From a virus (taxonomy: Duplodnaviria; Caudoviricetes): a stretch of DNA of 55,048 bases. The translations under genes were made by a program, and so were the position numbers. Positions 9,225 to 18,764 of this stretch are shown piece by piece. Position 1 is the stretch's first letter; each line of letters begins with the position of its first letter. The DNA is taken from IMG/VR virus record IMGVR_UViG_3300029448_000054, positions 1-55,048 of that record, one strand, 5' to 3'. Below the pieces are notes generated by a model that saw only the letters and a list, made by a program, of their open reading frames with translations, had not been told where the DNA came from and ran no database searches.

Positions 9225-9502
9225 TATGACAAAAATACCGTGATAGAATCAATAGCCGTTAGGGTAGTCAAGGTAGGACTAGATGAACATTTAATACCTT
9301 CATCGGGAACGTATATTGAATCTGTTTGGTCTGTTGTAGAAACAATATCTAAAACAGTTGCACCCGAAGCTCCATCTTTAATAATAAAAGCGGGGGAGCC
9401 TGAACCATTAGTTTTTATATACACACCTCTGATCCTAGAAGGACCAGCAAAGAAAGCACCTGTTGCAGTTCGTGTAATAGCTTTTACATCTGAGCCAGCC
9501 AT
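9224..9502 (-). CDS. Small virion protein
   Basis: AGGAG RBS; GP.RIRG, IKDG, VP.EGI motifs. Confidence 0.6.
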   Translation of the reverse strand: MAGSDVKAITRTATGAFFAGPSRIRGVYIKTNGSGSPAFIIKDGASGATVLDIVSTTDQTDSIYVPDEGIKCSSSPTLTTLTAIDSITVFLS

Positions 9503-9516
9503 ATTATTCTCCTTTT

Positions 9517-9542
9517 AAAAAGAGAGGGGCTAACCCCTCTCT
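9517..9542 (-). terminator. Rho-independent terminator
   Basis: AGAGAGGGG-TTAG-CCCCTCTCT followed by TTTT on the minus strand. Confidence 0.75.
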
Positions 9543-9550
9543 ATTGCACA

Positions 9551-10099
9551 CTAAGCAATTTGAACATACTCAATGATAAAGGTGAACGATCCTGCTGTTG
9601 TTGCGTCCACAGTGTTTGTGATGTTGCAGTAAATAGTTCTTTCAGTATCTGTGTACTGCACAGAAGCTGGAGCGGTAGCCGCGTTCTGCGTTTGAACAAC
9701 CAAAGTAGTCGTAGTTACGTTGTGAACAACAACGGTTGTGCCGCCATCAAGGATTTCATCAGTGATTGCCGCAACAATTTGTGCGCCAGAAGAAGAAGTA
9801 CCAACTTCGTAACCGATATCGCCTGTTCCAATAACGGGAGAAACGTCACAAAAGATTTTAATGTCGGTGATGATTGTGTTTGCTGGTTGTGTGAACTCAC
9901 CGATAGTTGGGCTATCACCCGCTGTTGTATTCACTGTCACACCAGTGGCGTAACCAACATGCTTGATGTATTTATTAGTGAAAATACCAGTAGAAGCAAC
10001 AGATGAGGTTTCAGTGATTGCCCCTGTTGTCGCATTTTTATTAATAACTTTAAAACCGTTTTCAGAGCGTACCGCTCCGTTAAAAGTAGTTACAGCCAT
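9551..10099 (-). CDS. Capsid decoration/minor capsid protein
   Basis: Directly downstream of the MCP; N-terminal TTF.G.VRS..GF motif. Confidence 0.6.
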   Translation of the reverse strand: MAVTTFNGAVRSENGFKVINKNATTGAITETSSVASTGIFTNKYIKHVGYATGVTVNTTAGDSPTIGEFTQPANTIITDIKIFCDVSPVIGTGDIGYEVGTSSSGAQIVAAITDEILDGGTTVVVHNVTTTTLVVQTQNAATAPASVQYTDTERTIYCNITNTVDATTAGSFTFIIEYVQIA

Positions 10100-10167
10100 T
10101 TCATTCTCCTGTCTTGGCTAATGTCAACCACCCAATGTGGTTGTCAGGACTTGCAGAAACTATAAAC

Positions 10168-10197
10168 AAAAAAAGGGCGGCTCGCAAGCCGCCCTTT
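10168..10197 (-). terminator. Rho-independent terminator after the major capsid gene
   Basis: AAAGGGCGGCT-TGCG-AGCCGCCCTTTTTTT on the minus strand. Confidence 0.9.
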
Positions 10198-10211
10198 CGT
10201 AATACAGTGTA

Positions 10212-11120
10212 TTAGGCTCCAGGAGAACCAAACACACAACGCGGGTCAGACACCCCGAAGCTATAACGCTCACGGGCTTTGTAACGCACGTTACCTGTAT
10301 CAAAATCGCCTTCCATAGCAGTTTGCATCGGTGTACGAACAAAATGCTTGAAGCCGTTTGGTGCATCCGTTTTAATGAAAAACGCATCTGTATCGGTTAG
10401 GAAGTGATTAACAACATAACCATCAGGAAGCATCCCCATATTACGGACTGCGTTGACATCATTGTCTGCAGTAGCAGGACGCAGATTAGAAGCCATCAAA
10501 CGCTCAGCTACAAACTGAAGTGCTGGTGGGATAACCATCTTCATACCACGAAGAGCAATTTTAAGACCACGCTCATCAATGAAAGCTGAAATATCAATCA
10601 AGGATTGCTCGAGTGATGTTTCATTCAAATCAGCAGATGTAGTCAATTCATTTTTAAAATTGCCACCTGAAGTAGTGGGATGATCCGTTGCACACAATTC
10701 CTTACCATCACCAAGCAAGAAATTAGAGTCAAAAGCATTGTTTAGAACAGATGCTGCTTTGACTTGCTTAGTATTAGCCATGGAACGTGCCAGCGCACGA
10801 GTATAACGAGAACTGAGCTTGTCGTAAAGATTATCTTCAACAGCTTCCTCAGTAATCGAAAATGCAAGTGCAATGGTTTCATGTGTGTAACGAGCTGTAA
10901 ATGATTCGTTTGCAATATCAAATGATACTGCTGAGCCCTCTTGTTTAGTGGGGGCAGCTCCGAATCCAGCCAACATTACTTCTTCTTCAAACGCACGATC
11001 TGAATTTTCTTGATCATAGATCTCGGCATGTTCATTATCGTAGCGGTCATACTCCAAACCGAACAGGGCGTTTAGTCCCGGCTCTAGTTCTTTAAGGAGT
11101 TGGGATCTTGCAATAGCCAT
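10212..11120 (-). CDS. Major capsid protein
   Basis: MAI.RSQL.KELEPGLNALFG.EY...RYKARERYSFG.SDPR..FGSPGA; strong RBS; terminator downstream; follows scaffold. Confidence 0.92.
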   Translation of the reverse strand: MAIARSQLLKELEPGLNALFGLEYDRYDNEHAEIYDQENSDRAFEEEVMLAGFGAAPTKQEGSAVSFDIANESFTARYTHETIALAFSITEEAVEDNLYDKLSSRYTRALARSMANTKQVKAASVLNNAFDSNFLLGDGKELCATDHPTTSGGNFKNELTTSADLNETSLEQSLIDISAFIDERGLKIALRGMKMVIPPALQFVAERLMASNLRPATADNDVNAVRNMGMLPDGYVVNHFLTDTDAFFIKTDAPNGFKHFVRTPMQTAMEGDFDTGNVRYKARERYSFGVSDPRCVFGSPGA

Positions 11121-11133
11121 ATCTAATTACTCC

Positions 11134-11757
11134 TTATAGACCAGTGGTTGCAGTATGGAAAGGAAGATTCAGTTTAACCAAGAACACTACGCCAGCAGCA
11201 GTAACGTCAATTTCGTCAAATGAATCCTTAATGCCCACAACACGGAAGTTATCCGTAGCAGTAGTAGCACCAGCAGAAGCTACAGAAAGCTCACCGATAG
11301 AATTACCAGTAGAACCGTTCTCTGAGCCAAATCCTGTTCCTTCAGCGTTTCCATGAATCAAAGCAGTTGCCGTTGCAATATTAGTCAACGTAGCATCTCC
11401 TTGGATTTCATACACTTGATGTGGGTTATCGTAAACGAAAACCCGCGCTTCAGTGTTTGCTTTTAAAGAAGCAGTTCCAGGATAGTGGTTAGAAAAAGTT
11501 GGAGTACCATCAAGAGCGACGTACTCACATCCACCCATAACACCTAGGATAGCAACGCTACCACCGTCAGCCGCGCTTACATCCACAAGTCCGTTAGTCA
11601 GGGGGATAACCATGTCACCTTGGTAGATGGCAGAGCTAGATCCTGCTGTAGCAGATACTTGTACGAGGTAAGAAGTCAAACCGTTGGAGTTCGCCGCGCT
11701 ACCTAGAAGGTTGTGTGGACGTAATCCAAATGGTCCATCAATATTTGATCCGGCCAT
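11134..11757 (-). CDS. Capsid-associated (cement/minor head) protein
   Basis: N.D.PFGLRP, IYQGD.V, YDNP...YEIQ motifs; directly upstream of the MCP. Confidence 0.65.
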   Translation of the reverse strand: MAGSNIDGPFGLRPHNLLGSAANSNGLTSYLVQVSATAGSSSAIYQGDMVIPLTNGLVDVSAADGGSVAILGVMGGCEYVALDGTPTFSNHYPGTASLKANTEARVFVYDNPHQVYEIQGDATLTNIATATALIHGNAEGTGFGSENGSTGNSIGELSVASAGATTATDNFRVVGIKDSFDEIDVTAAGVVFLVKLNLPFHTATTGL

Positions 11758-11775
11758 AATAAAGTCCTTCCTTCA

Positions 11776-12228
11776 TTACTCAGAGCCTCCTTTGGCTCCA
11801 AAAGTTACACGAGATTGCCGTTCATTATGAATCGGCATTGAACTATGCTGTTCTCTCATTAAATCATTATCGACCGCAATCATCTGATCAGCTGTCTTTT
11901 GCTTGTAGTGATCATCACGTTCTTGCTTCGACTCAATAGGAAAACGAGCTAAAATAAGACCACCAACACCAATAACTCCTGCATGTTTACCATCTTGTAT
12001 AGTAGGAGCTTGGAAATCAGGGTACTCATCGGCGCGAACTAATTCAAAGCCTTCGCGAAGGCGAGCTGAAAGGTTTTTACTATCATCGTACCCCATAACA
12101 GAGTCACGGATCCAACGATGAGTATATCCCTCAGGGGGAGGTGGGGCGTCCAACGTAGACGGGGGTTGCCAAGGTTTACGGCGCGTGTCTTTTTCACGAG
12201 TGGCAGTTGTGCGTGGGGTACGATCCAT
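11776..12228 (-). CDS. Conserved head-module protein
   Basis: W.PPS.LDAP.PPEGY.HRWIR...LREG.ELVR...GGLILAR. Confidence 0.7.
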   Translation of the reverse strand: MDRTPRTTATREKDTRRKPWQPPSTLDAPPPPEGYTHRWIRDSVMGYDDSKNLSARLREGFELVRADEYPDFQAPTIQDGKHAGVIGVGGLILARFPIESKQERDDHYKQKTADQMIAVDNDLMREQHSSMPIHNERQSRVTFGAKGGSE

Positions 12229-12239
12229 GATCTAGTCCT

Positions 12240-13118
12240 TCACGATTGTAAGCGAGCAAGTTGCTTCGCGTATTGTTCATAAGATACACCTAATTTATCT
12301 GCGATTGCAACCTGAGAAGGTGATAATTTGATTTTTTTGTTAGAAGGCTTTCCAGAAGAACGTGTTGCACCCGCAACAGGTGCTCTAGCAGCAGACCTAT
12401 TATCTTGTTGAAATTTATGAGGAAATTCCTCTCGGATACGTTTATCTAGCTCTTGGTAATACTCATCTGAGCTAGGGTCAAAATATTCGTTTTCTACAAG
12501 GCTTTTATGAATAGAAAAAGCTGTGAGAGTCATAGGCTCGTTTTCGCCAAACCACGAATTACGCTCTGCCCATGACCTTGCTTTAGGGTCTGGCTGATTA
12601 GTAGGCTGTGGTTGTGCTTGTTGTGGGGGTTGTGGTGGAGCAGCTTTTCGTTGTTCTAATTGATGTTTAGCTACATTTAACCGCTCTGATTCTATAGCTA
12701 GTTTTGCTATTGACTTTTGAGCTTCTATTTGTGCATCAACATCACCTAAATTAATAGCATCAGATAATTTCTTTTTAAGAACATCTTCTTGGGATGTTAC
12801 TCTTTGGTCATACTCACTTATGTACGATTCATCAATTTGAGAACTGCGTTTCGCAAGCTCTTCATTTTGTTTTTGAACAGATTGAGCATATTCAGTAGCT
12901 GCTTTTTCACGACGCTCAGCTTCCCGCATTTTGTAGGTGAGCTTTTCAATGCGCTTTTTGACTTTGTCGCTGTAACCTTCGAGGTCTTCGTCTGAGGTTT
13001 CTTCACTGGCGATTTCTTCGCTAGTGGTTTCTTCACTGGCGATTTCTTCTGTGTTTTCTGTTTCATTTTCCAATTCCACTTCTACAACATCTTCTTCTAC
13101 TTTTTTTGCTTCCGGCAT
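12240..13118 (-). CDS. Capsid scaffolding protein
   Basis: Acidic N-terminus, long coiled coil, W...N.WFG, C-terminal L..SQVAIA.KLGV..E.YAK. Confidence 0.75.
   Translation of the reverse strand: MPEAKKVEEDVVEVELENETENTEEIASEETTSEEIASEETSDEDLEGYSDKVKKRIEKLTYKMREAERREKAATEYAQSVQKQNEELAKRSSQIDESYISEYDQRVTSQEDVLKKKLSDAINLGDVDAQIEAQKSIAKLAIESERLNVAKHQLEQRKAAPPQPPQQAQPQPTNQPDPKARSWAERNSWFGENEPMTLTAFSIHKSLVENEYFDPSSDEYYQELDKRIREEFPHKFQQDNRSAARAPVAGATRSSGKPSNKKIKLSPSQVAIADKLGVSYEQYAKQLARLQS
12996..13049. repeat. Tandem 24-nt direct repeat, period 30 (EEIASEET x2)
   Basis: GGTTTCTTCACTGGCGATTTCTTC at 12996 and 13026. Confidence 0.9.
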
Positions 13119-13129
13119 AAGATACACTC

Positions 13130-13576
13130 CTATGTGTGAATAATGTCTTCAGGATCGTTGATTGTAGCTAGGATTTCATCATCATTTAACAAACGAACTT
13201 CACCACCATCTATTTTAAAGCGGCTACCAGCATACCGACCAAAAATAACCCAATCGCCTTCTTTACACCAAGGCTTCCAATTTTCTGTTGGGTCATTGGC
13301 ATTTCCAAACTTAACAGGGTCTTTATATGCAAGCGGACCGACTTTTACTACATAGCCACAAACAGTAGCTAATGCTTCGCGGTCTACAGTAGAATCTGGT
13401 ATATAGATACCCCCTGCTGTTTTACCTTTGCCACGGTAGGGCAGAATAAGAATACGCCAACCAGAAGGTTCTGGCAGTTTTTCTTTAGCAGTAATATTAT
13501 CAGGGGAGGTTTGTTTTTTAGCGGCATGTTGAGCAGCTTTTGCATACCGCTCTGGAACTAATAGAGTTTTACTCAT
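13130..13576 (-). CDS. groES: Phage co-chaperonin GroES
   Basis: P.GWRIL...KTAGGIYIP...GD.VIFGRYAG......E.RLLNDDEILA. Confidence 0.92.
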   Translation of the reverse strand: MSKTLLVPERYAKAAQHAAKKQTSPDNITAKEKLPEPSGWRILILPYRGKGKTAGGIYIPDSTVDREALATVCGYVVKVGPLAYKDPVKFGNANDPTENWKPWCKEGDWVIFGRYAGSRFKIDGGEVRLLNDDEILATINDPEDIIHT

Positions 13577-13760
13577 GTTCTATCCTTTTTAGCAGGAGAT
13601 CTAACTCCTGTTTTACGTTAGCAAGTTCTGCAAGCCTCGCTCGCAGTTCCTGGAATGCGGCAAAATCTTTCACCTGACCTTCTATTAATTGGTCAGTAAG
13701 TGTCTTTTCCCGTTCAGATAGTATTTTAAGGAGTTTTTCGTGTATGTAAAGGGTAGACAT
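13569..13760 (-). CDS. Small coiled-coil hypothetical protein
   Basis: 63-aa ORF between the basic peptide and groES. Confidence 0.6.
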   Translation of the reverse strand: MSTLYIHEKLLKILSEREKTLTDQLIEGQVKDFAAFQELRARLAELANVKQELDLLLKRIEHE

Positions 13761-13904
13761 CTATGCTTTACGAACTTTCTTGCGTTTTTTAGCTGTTTTA
13801 GCTGCATTTTTAAAATCTGCTGCTGAGGGTGCTCCTGCTTGTCCAGGTTTACGCATAGGTTTACCGCTCGCCCTTCTCTTTGCTATGTTTGCATATAAAC
13901 TCAT
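13761..13904 (-). CDS. 47-aa basic peptide (not in ORF track)
   Basis: MSLYANIAKRRASGKPMRKPGQAGAPSAADFKNAAKTAKKRKKVRKA; ATGA-coupled to the upstream gene and abutting the next start. Confidence 0.7.
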   Translation of the reverse strand: MSLYANIAKRRASGKPMRKPGQAGAPSAADFKNAAKTAKKRKKVRKA

Positions 13905-14278
13905 TTTTTAAAGCCTTTCAGTCCACGGATTCCAAAACTTGCACCGATACTCGCATACATCGCCCATTGAAACCACTCAGGTGTATTAGACAATGCTGCA
14001 AACCCTTCTTGAACATAAGGCTGGGTAAACGGAATAAAACACATCGCTATAATGATAATGAACAAAATTGTCCATGCTTCATCTTTCCAGCTATTATCAC
14101 TAGCTTGAGCCATAATTTTTTCCCAGCCAGCTTCATGTGTCGCGGCTGTAACCATAACCTGTGCTTCTGCTTCAGCGCGAGCTTTCGCTACTGCGCCTTT
14201 AGCTTTAGTTTGCTCAACTTTAGATTCCATCCAGCTACCAGCTAGGTTTGCTATTGGACCTATGAGTGCCTGAAACAT
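13901..14278 (-). CDS. Putative holin (multi-TM)
   Basis: SWKDE.W followed by two hydrophobic helices and ASFG.RG..KFKK. Confidence 0.6.
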   Translation of the reverse strand: MFQALIGPIANLAGSWMESKVEQTKAKGAVAKARAEAEAQVMVTAATHEAGWEKIMAQASDNSWKDEAWTILFIIIIAMCFIPFTQPYVQEGFAALSNTPEWFQWAMYASIGASFGIRGLKGFKK

Positions 14279-14490
14279 TAATATAACTCCTTACTTGCAG
14301 CTACCTTAACAGGTTTACAATAAGCGGTTGCTCTGTGTTTAGCAGGGACACCACTTAAACTTCCATAATTACCATATCTCTTAGTTATTTGAGAAGCAAA
14401 ATAATTACAATCAACTACTGATCTAAAATACATATCTTGACTCTGTACTTTACCACCTAATACAACTACTAATAAAAACGCATGAATCAC
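14278..14490 (-). CDS. Small secreted/membrane hypothetical protein
   Basis: Hydrophobic N-terminus; C...C pair. Confidence 0.55.
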   Translation of the reverse strand: MIHAFLLVVVLGGKVQSQDMYFRSVVDCNYFASQITKRYGNYGSLSGVPAKHRATAYCKPVKVAASKELY

Positions 14491-14777
14491 TTTCTATTCA
14501 TCCAAGCTGTTGTGCCCATATAGGCTCCAACAATACCCGCTCCAGATAAATAAAACAGATTAGATATATCAGATAAAGCCTTTACCCTATCCAAAGGGAT
14601 AAAAAACATAGCTACAGTAAATAAACCCATGCTTATTAATGTATATCGAGCCATCCTAAGTTGAGCTAAATGCTTACGAAGATTGTCTTCTGTTGTTTTA
14701 ATTTCTTTGACATGAGACAGTTCTTCATCACTAACAATGCCATCACCATCTTCATCGTATTCAGCAAACTTAGATTG
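14487..14777 (-). CDS. Membrane protein with EF-hand-like loop
   Basis: DEDGDGIVSDEE plus two TM helices. Track start 14801; exact start uncertain. Confidence 0.5.
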   Translation of the reverse strand, partial: QSKFAEYDEDGDGIVSDEELSHVKEIKTTEDNLRKHLAQLRMARYTLISMGLFTVAMFFIPLDRVKALSDISNLFYLSGAGIVGAYMGTTAWMNRK

Positions 14778-14800
14778 TTTTTGCAGTTTTTTCTGAGCCA

Positions 14801-15034
14801 CTAACGCACCCCTGTAAACTTTGTCCCTGCAATAGCTGCACCCGCACCACGCGAACCACCGCGTTTTGCAACTTCGCCAGTTCTTGGAGAACCTTTGCTA
14901 CGATTAGCGATACCCCTGCGTTTAAATTCTTCAAACGACATAGTTTCATCATAATCGCCATCATAAAACATTTCGCGTAGTGCTTGCTCTGGATCAATGG
15001 GTATTTCTTTTACATCTTTATTTTTTGAAGTCAT
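14801..15034 (-). CDS. Small hypothetical head-module protein
   Basis: Ends RG.GAA..GTKF.GVR. Confidence 0.6.
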   Translation of the reverse strand: MTSKNKDVKEIPIDPEQALREMFYDGDYDETMSFEEFKRRGIANRSKGSPRTGEVAKRGGSRGAGAAIAGTKFTGVR

Positions 15035-15035
15035 T

Positions 15036-16232
15036 TTATTTCCCTATGTTTTGTATAAATGATTCGAAGGTAAAAGGTGATGCTCCGCTGGGAGCTCTTG
15101 TTCCAGTAAAGGTTTGTACATCTCGATCTTTATCGTATGTACCACTGTACGTTTTACCTGTTTCAGTATCCATATACCCTCCAGGAATTGAAACAATTCC
15201 TTCGCCTAACGCTTTTGCTTTCTCAAAAAACGAGCCTAACCCAGCTACTTGGTTAGCCGTAGAAGGACCACCTAAAGCACGGAAAGATGTATCTATACTT
15301 TCTGGTGTGACAGGATTACGATCTGGAAACCCTACATTCACATCACCAAAAGGAGTAGGCACGTCTACGCTACGAGGTAAGCCAAAAGCGTCTAACACAT
15401 CATTTACTGCTGGTCCGCGAGAGGGAGCTAATTGCAAATTAGGTATATCCACAGTAGGCATTTGGAAATTCCTTATATCATCTAAAGTTATTCCTGCATC
15501 TGCAAATTGCTGTGTACCCGAAGATGTGCCAGAAGTGGTTCTAGAACCATAATTCTGCCCTCCTGGATAAGATGCCGAAAAATCATCAAAACCAACAGGA
15601 GCAGGAGCATCATCAGGACGACCTGTATATTCACCAATAATACTATCTTTTCCCACTATTGTATTGCCTGAAGCTATACCTGTGTTTTTTGATGCAGGAT
15701 TTGTTGTAGAACCAATACCGAATCGTCCCGCGATAGTATTCGCTAATCCAACTATACCTTTTACTGTATCAGTTCCAGGAACGACCGCGGATAATGCCCC
15801 TAATGGTGTATTTCGTCCTGGAATAGCCATATTCGCTACATTTTCAACAAAACCTTTTTTGGTATCATAACCAAACATTCCTGGAATATCAACTGACGGT
15901 CTAGCCCCTAATTGACCAGCTACATAATTTTGGGTAGAAGTAGCATAAGGATCCATACCTCTAGATATTGCATCTAAAGCAGCATTATATGCTTCAGCTC
16001 CTGGACCAGACATTCTACCAGAAGCTGTATAACCTTGTTCTTCTTGTGAGCCTCCTGGACCATCTTGCCGACCACCGCCAGAAGCTATACCCCCCGAAGG
16101 CGTACCTCCGTAATTTCCAGCACCGAAATCCTGTTCATTACCGCCCATGCCATCATTGCCACCGCTATTACCGGAAGAAGAGCCACTACTTGAGCTACCT
16201 GCTCCACCCCCACCCATTCCTGGTTCTGGCAT
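15036..16232 (-). CDS. Gly-rich low-complexity virion protein
   Basis: 398-aa ORF coupled to the portal stop (TAATG) with a GAGG RBS. Confidence 0.65.
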   Translation of the reverse strand: MPEPGMGGGGAGSSSSGSSSGNSGGNDGMGGNEQDFGAGNYGGTPSGGIASGGGRQDGPGGSQEEQGYTASGRMSGPGAEAYNAALDAISRGMDPYATSTQNYVAGQLGARPSVDIPGMFGYDTKKGFVENVANMAIPGRNTPLGALSAVVPGTDTVKGIVGLANTIAGRFGIGSTTNPASKNTGIASGNTIVGKDSIIGEYTGRPDDAPAPVGFDDFSASYPGGQNYGSRTTSGTSSGTQQFADAGITLDDIRNFQMPTVDIPNLQLAPSRGPAVNDVLDAFGLPRSVDVPTPFGDVNVGFPDRNPVTPESIDTSFRALGGPSTANQVAGLGSFFEKAKALGEGIVSIPGGYMDTETGKTYSGTYDKDRDVQTFTGTRAPSGASPFTFESFIQNIGK

Positions 16233-18634
16233 TATCCTCTCCCCTTATTGGCTGAACGTTGCATAGCAATTTGTGCTCGCATCTGAGCTATATCTTCTGT
16301 ACTGCCAATACGCTCACGTTGGATAGCCGCTTGCTCTTGAGCTTTCTGTTTATTAAACTCAAGCTCCATTTGCTCTTGTTGGGCATCTTGCATCTGATCT
16401 TGTTGCTTTAACTGTAACTCTTGTTGTTTTAATTCTACTAAGGGGTCTTGTCTTTGAGCACCAAGAACCTGTGCTTCTTCTTGCAAGTAAGCAGTCATCA
16501 GCTCAGCTTCTATTTCATCACTTCTATTTTGCATCATTTCAGGAGGTATTTCTTGCCCCTGTTGCTGCATAGCTTGCATTTCTTGTTGTGCAACCATCTG
16601 CCCTTTTAAACTTAGATGCTCGAATATATGTGTTTGCAAAATCTGCATAGATGCAGGATTGCCTTTTACTGTCATACTCTGCATAAAAGCTAAATGCGTT
16701 TGTATATGTGCATCATGGTTTTGTTCTGGGAAGGCTTTTAATTGTTGCCTACCAGCCATAGCTAATTGCAATTGACCATTTTCAGTAATCGCATTTGTAG
16801 GCTGTGGTTGTTGTGGAGGTGTTAATATCTGCTCAATATTATCTACACCCAAAGCACTATACATCCTGCGATATGCTTCATAAGTATTATGCATTTGTGG
16901 ATTAGCTTGTGCGAGTTTTAATTGCTCTGCTGCTAAACTTACACGCTGGGACATACTGAAAATATTAGGGTTAGCTACAGGTACAATATCCACACGACCA
17001 TCAAAATCCTGTGCTTTCATGCCTTGCTGATTACCTGTAACATTGTACAAATAATCACTGCCATCTGCAGCTATGATCTCAGCAAGCAATTTAAATTCTT
17101 GCTTCATAGCATTGTACAAACGCTTATGCACAGCAGACATAATACGACTGCCACGTTCCATAAGCGCAACTGTTGTACCTACAGGCATCTCAGTATTCTG
17201 AATATTGCCTGTACCTATATCTGTTGTGCCTACAAATTTCTGTGCCGCTTGTACTACAAAACCAAGCAGCTGAAACAGAGTCGCGCTCGGCTCTTTGTAG
17301 GGCAGAGGTAAGAGTGAGCCGCGAAGCTCCGTTCCAACAACATCGACATCACGCCATTCTCCAGGCTGAAGTGGCTGATCATCATCTCGTATGCGTAAAC
17401 CTCTTGCTTTAAATCCAGCTGGCATATTTGATAAAGTACCAGCATCAATTAACTGCCGTAGGTTAGCTGTAGCTGTGCGGGATAGATTACCAAGTAAATG
17501 AATTAGGCCATTACCATAGAATCCAAGTCCAGGAGTAAACATATAATGAATAAAATATTGTTTTTTCCGCTTAAACGCATCATCTTCAGCATAATTACGG
17601 TACACAGACAAAACATCGCCCGAATCAGAAGATACCGTCACAATGTACGGCAGTTTTATACCTGTTGGCTCACCTTCGTCATCTTTATCCGCAAAATCTT
17701 CTAAATCTAAATAACAATGGCACTCATAAAGGGTTAGTTCTTCATATGAACCTGACTTTTCCAAACCCGAAAGCTCTTCTTTAGCCTCTTTTAGCTCATC
17801 ATACTCACCTTCTCCAGGAGTTACCTCTAAATCACGGTAAAAACCATTCACTTGTAGCTTCCGTAACTCATTTTCGGACATACGAATGATATGTGTAACA
17901 CGTTCACATGAGGCTAAATCAGTAGCATTGTATGGAACTAGCAAATCTTCCGCCTGTACAAACTTACTTACCTGTCTGCCAAGCTGTGGATCAGGGTAAA
18001 CTTTCTTAAATGCACTACCACATAGTCCTAAGTAGTATAACATCTGGTCAAATTCAGAATCATACTCTTCCATAACATGCAAAAGCTGATAATTCATCTC
18101 AGTTTTTATACGTTCTGACTGTTTTTCTAATTCTGGTGATGTATCACCCAAGACTTGTGTACGGACAGGACCACTCGGGGGCAATAATTCTTTATAGGCT
18201 TGGCTTTGGAATTGGCTAACTGCTTCATTCAGCATTGGGTGTATAACACCAGTAGCTCCTTGGAATGGTTCTGTACGGTTCTCATACTTAACACCAAGTA
18301 AATCTAAACCTTTTGTATAAACATTTAACCATTCATTACGCGAACTCTTATCTTCATCTACTTTTTCAAGTATCATACTAGATATACCTGTAAGTTCATC
18401 CTCATCGATAAACTCAGCAAGGTTATCCATAAATTGTGCTTCACCCTTATCTTCCGCATCAGGCTCAGCAAACTCTACTGAACCATCTTCCATTGTTGAC
18501 ATTTCCATACCATCAAAAGAAGGTTCAGGGGCAGTCGTCGGTAATTCTATTTCTAATGGGTCTGACTCTAATTGCTGACCAACCAATGTAAATTCACGCT
18601 CAACATTATTATAAGGGCTAGGTTGTTTTGCCAT
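16232..18634 (-). CDS. Portal protein
   Basis: 800 aa directly after TerL; F.GA.GV.HP.L.EA..QFQ, G.AFKKVY, GLGFYG.GLIH, LRQLIDAGTL.N.PAGFK; Gln-rich C-terminus. Confidence 0.9.
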   Translation of the reverse strand: MAKQPSPYNNVEREFTLVGQQLESDPLEIELPTTAPEPSFDGMEMSTMEDGSVEFAEPDAEDKGEAQFMDNLAEFIDEDELTGISSMILEKVDEDKSSRNEWLNVYTKGLDLLGVKYENRTEPFQGATGVIHPMLNEAVSQFQSQAYKELLPPSGPVRTQVLGDTSPELEKQSERIKTEMNYQLLHVMEEYDSEFDQMLYYLGLCGSAFKKVYPDPQLGRQVSKFVQAEDLLVPYNATDLASCERVTHIIRMSENELRKLQVNGFYRDLEVTPGEGEYDELKEAKEELSGLEKSGSYEELTLYECHCYLDLEDFADKDDEGEPTGIKLPYIVTVSSDSGDVLSVYRNYAEDDAFKRKKQYFIHYMFTPGLGFYGNGLIHLLGNLSRTATANLRQLIDAGTLSNMPAGFKARGLRIRDDDQPLQPGEWRDVDVVGTELRGSLLPLPYKEPSATLFQLLGFVVQAAQKFVGTTDIGTGNIQNTEMPVGTTVALMERGSRIMSAVHKRLYNAMKQEFKLLAEIIAADGSDYLYNVTGNQQGMKAQDFDGRVDIVPVANPNIFSMSQRVSLAAEQLKLAQANPQMHNTYEAYRRMYSALGVDNIEQILTPPQQPQPTNAITENGQLQLAMAGRQQLKAFPEQNHDAHIQTHLAFMQSMTVKGNPASMQILQTHIFEHLSLKGQMVAQQEMQAMQQQGQEIPPEMMQNRSDEIEAELMTAYLQEEAQVLGAQRQDPLVELKQQELQLKQQDQMQDAQQEQMELEFNKQKAQEQAAIQRERIGSTEDIAQMRAQIAMQRSANKGRG

Positions 18635-18764
18635 CAGTTTTACCTCCCTGTATAACTCGGAGCATTGGGGCTGGCTTATCTTCTAAACTATTTAGAACAA
18701 TCTCAAGGAGTTTTTTCAACTCCTCAATTCTATCCGTAGTAGGAGTTCGTTCTTGGCGGTACAT
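18618..18764 (-). CDS. Small hypothetical protein between TerL and portal
   Basis: Ends with LRVIQGGK motif; start uncertain. Confidence 0.4.
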   Translation of the reverse strand: MYRQERTPTTDRIEELKKLLEIVLNSLEDKPAPMLRVIQGGKTDGKTT

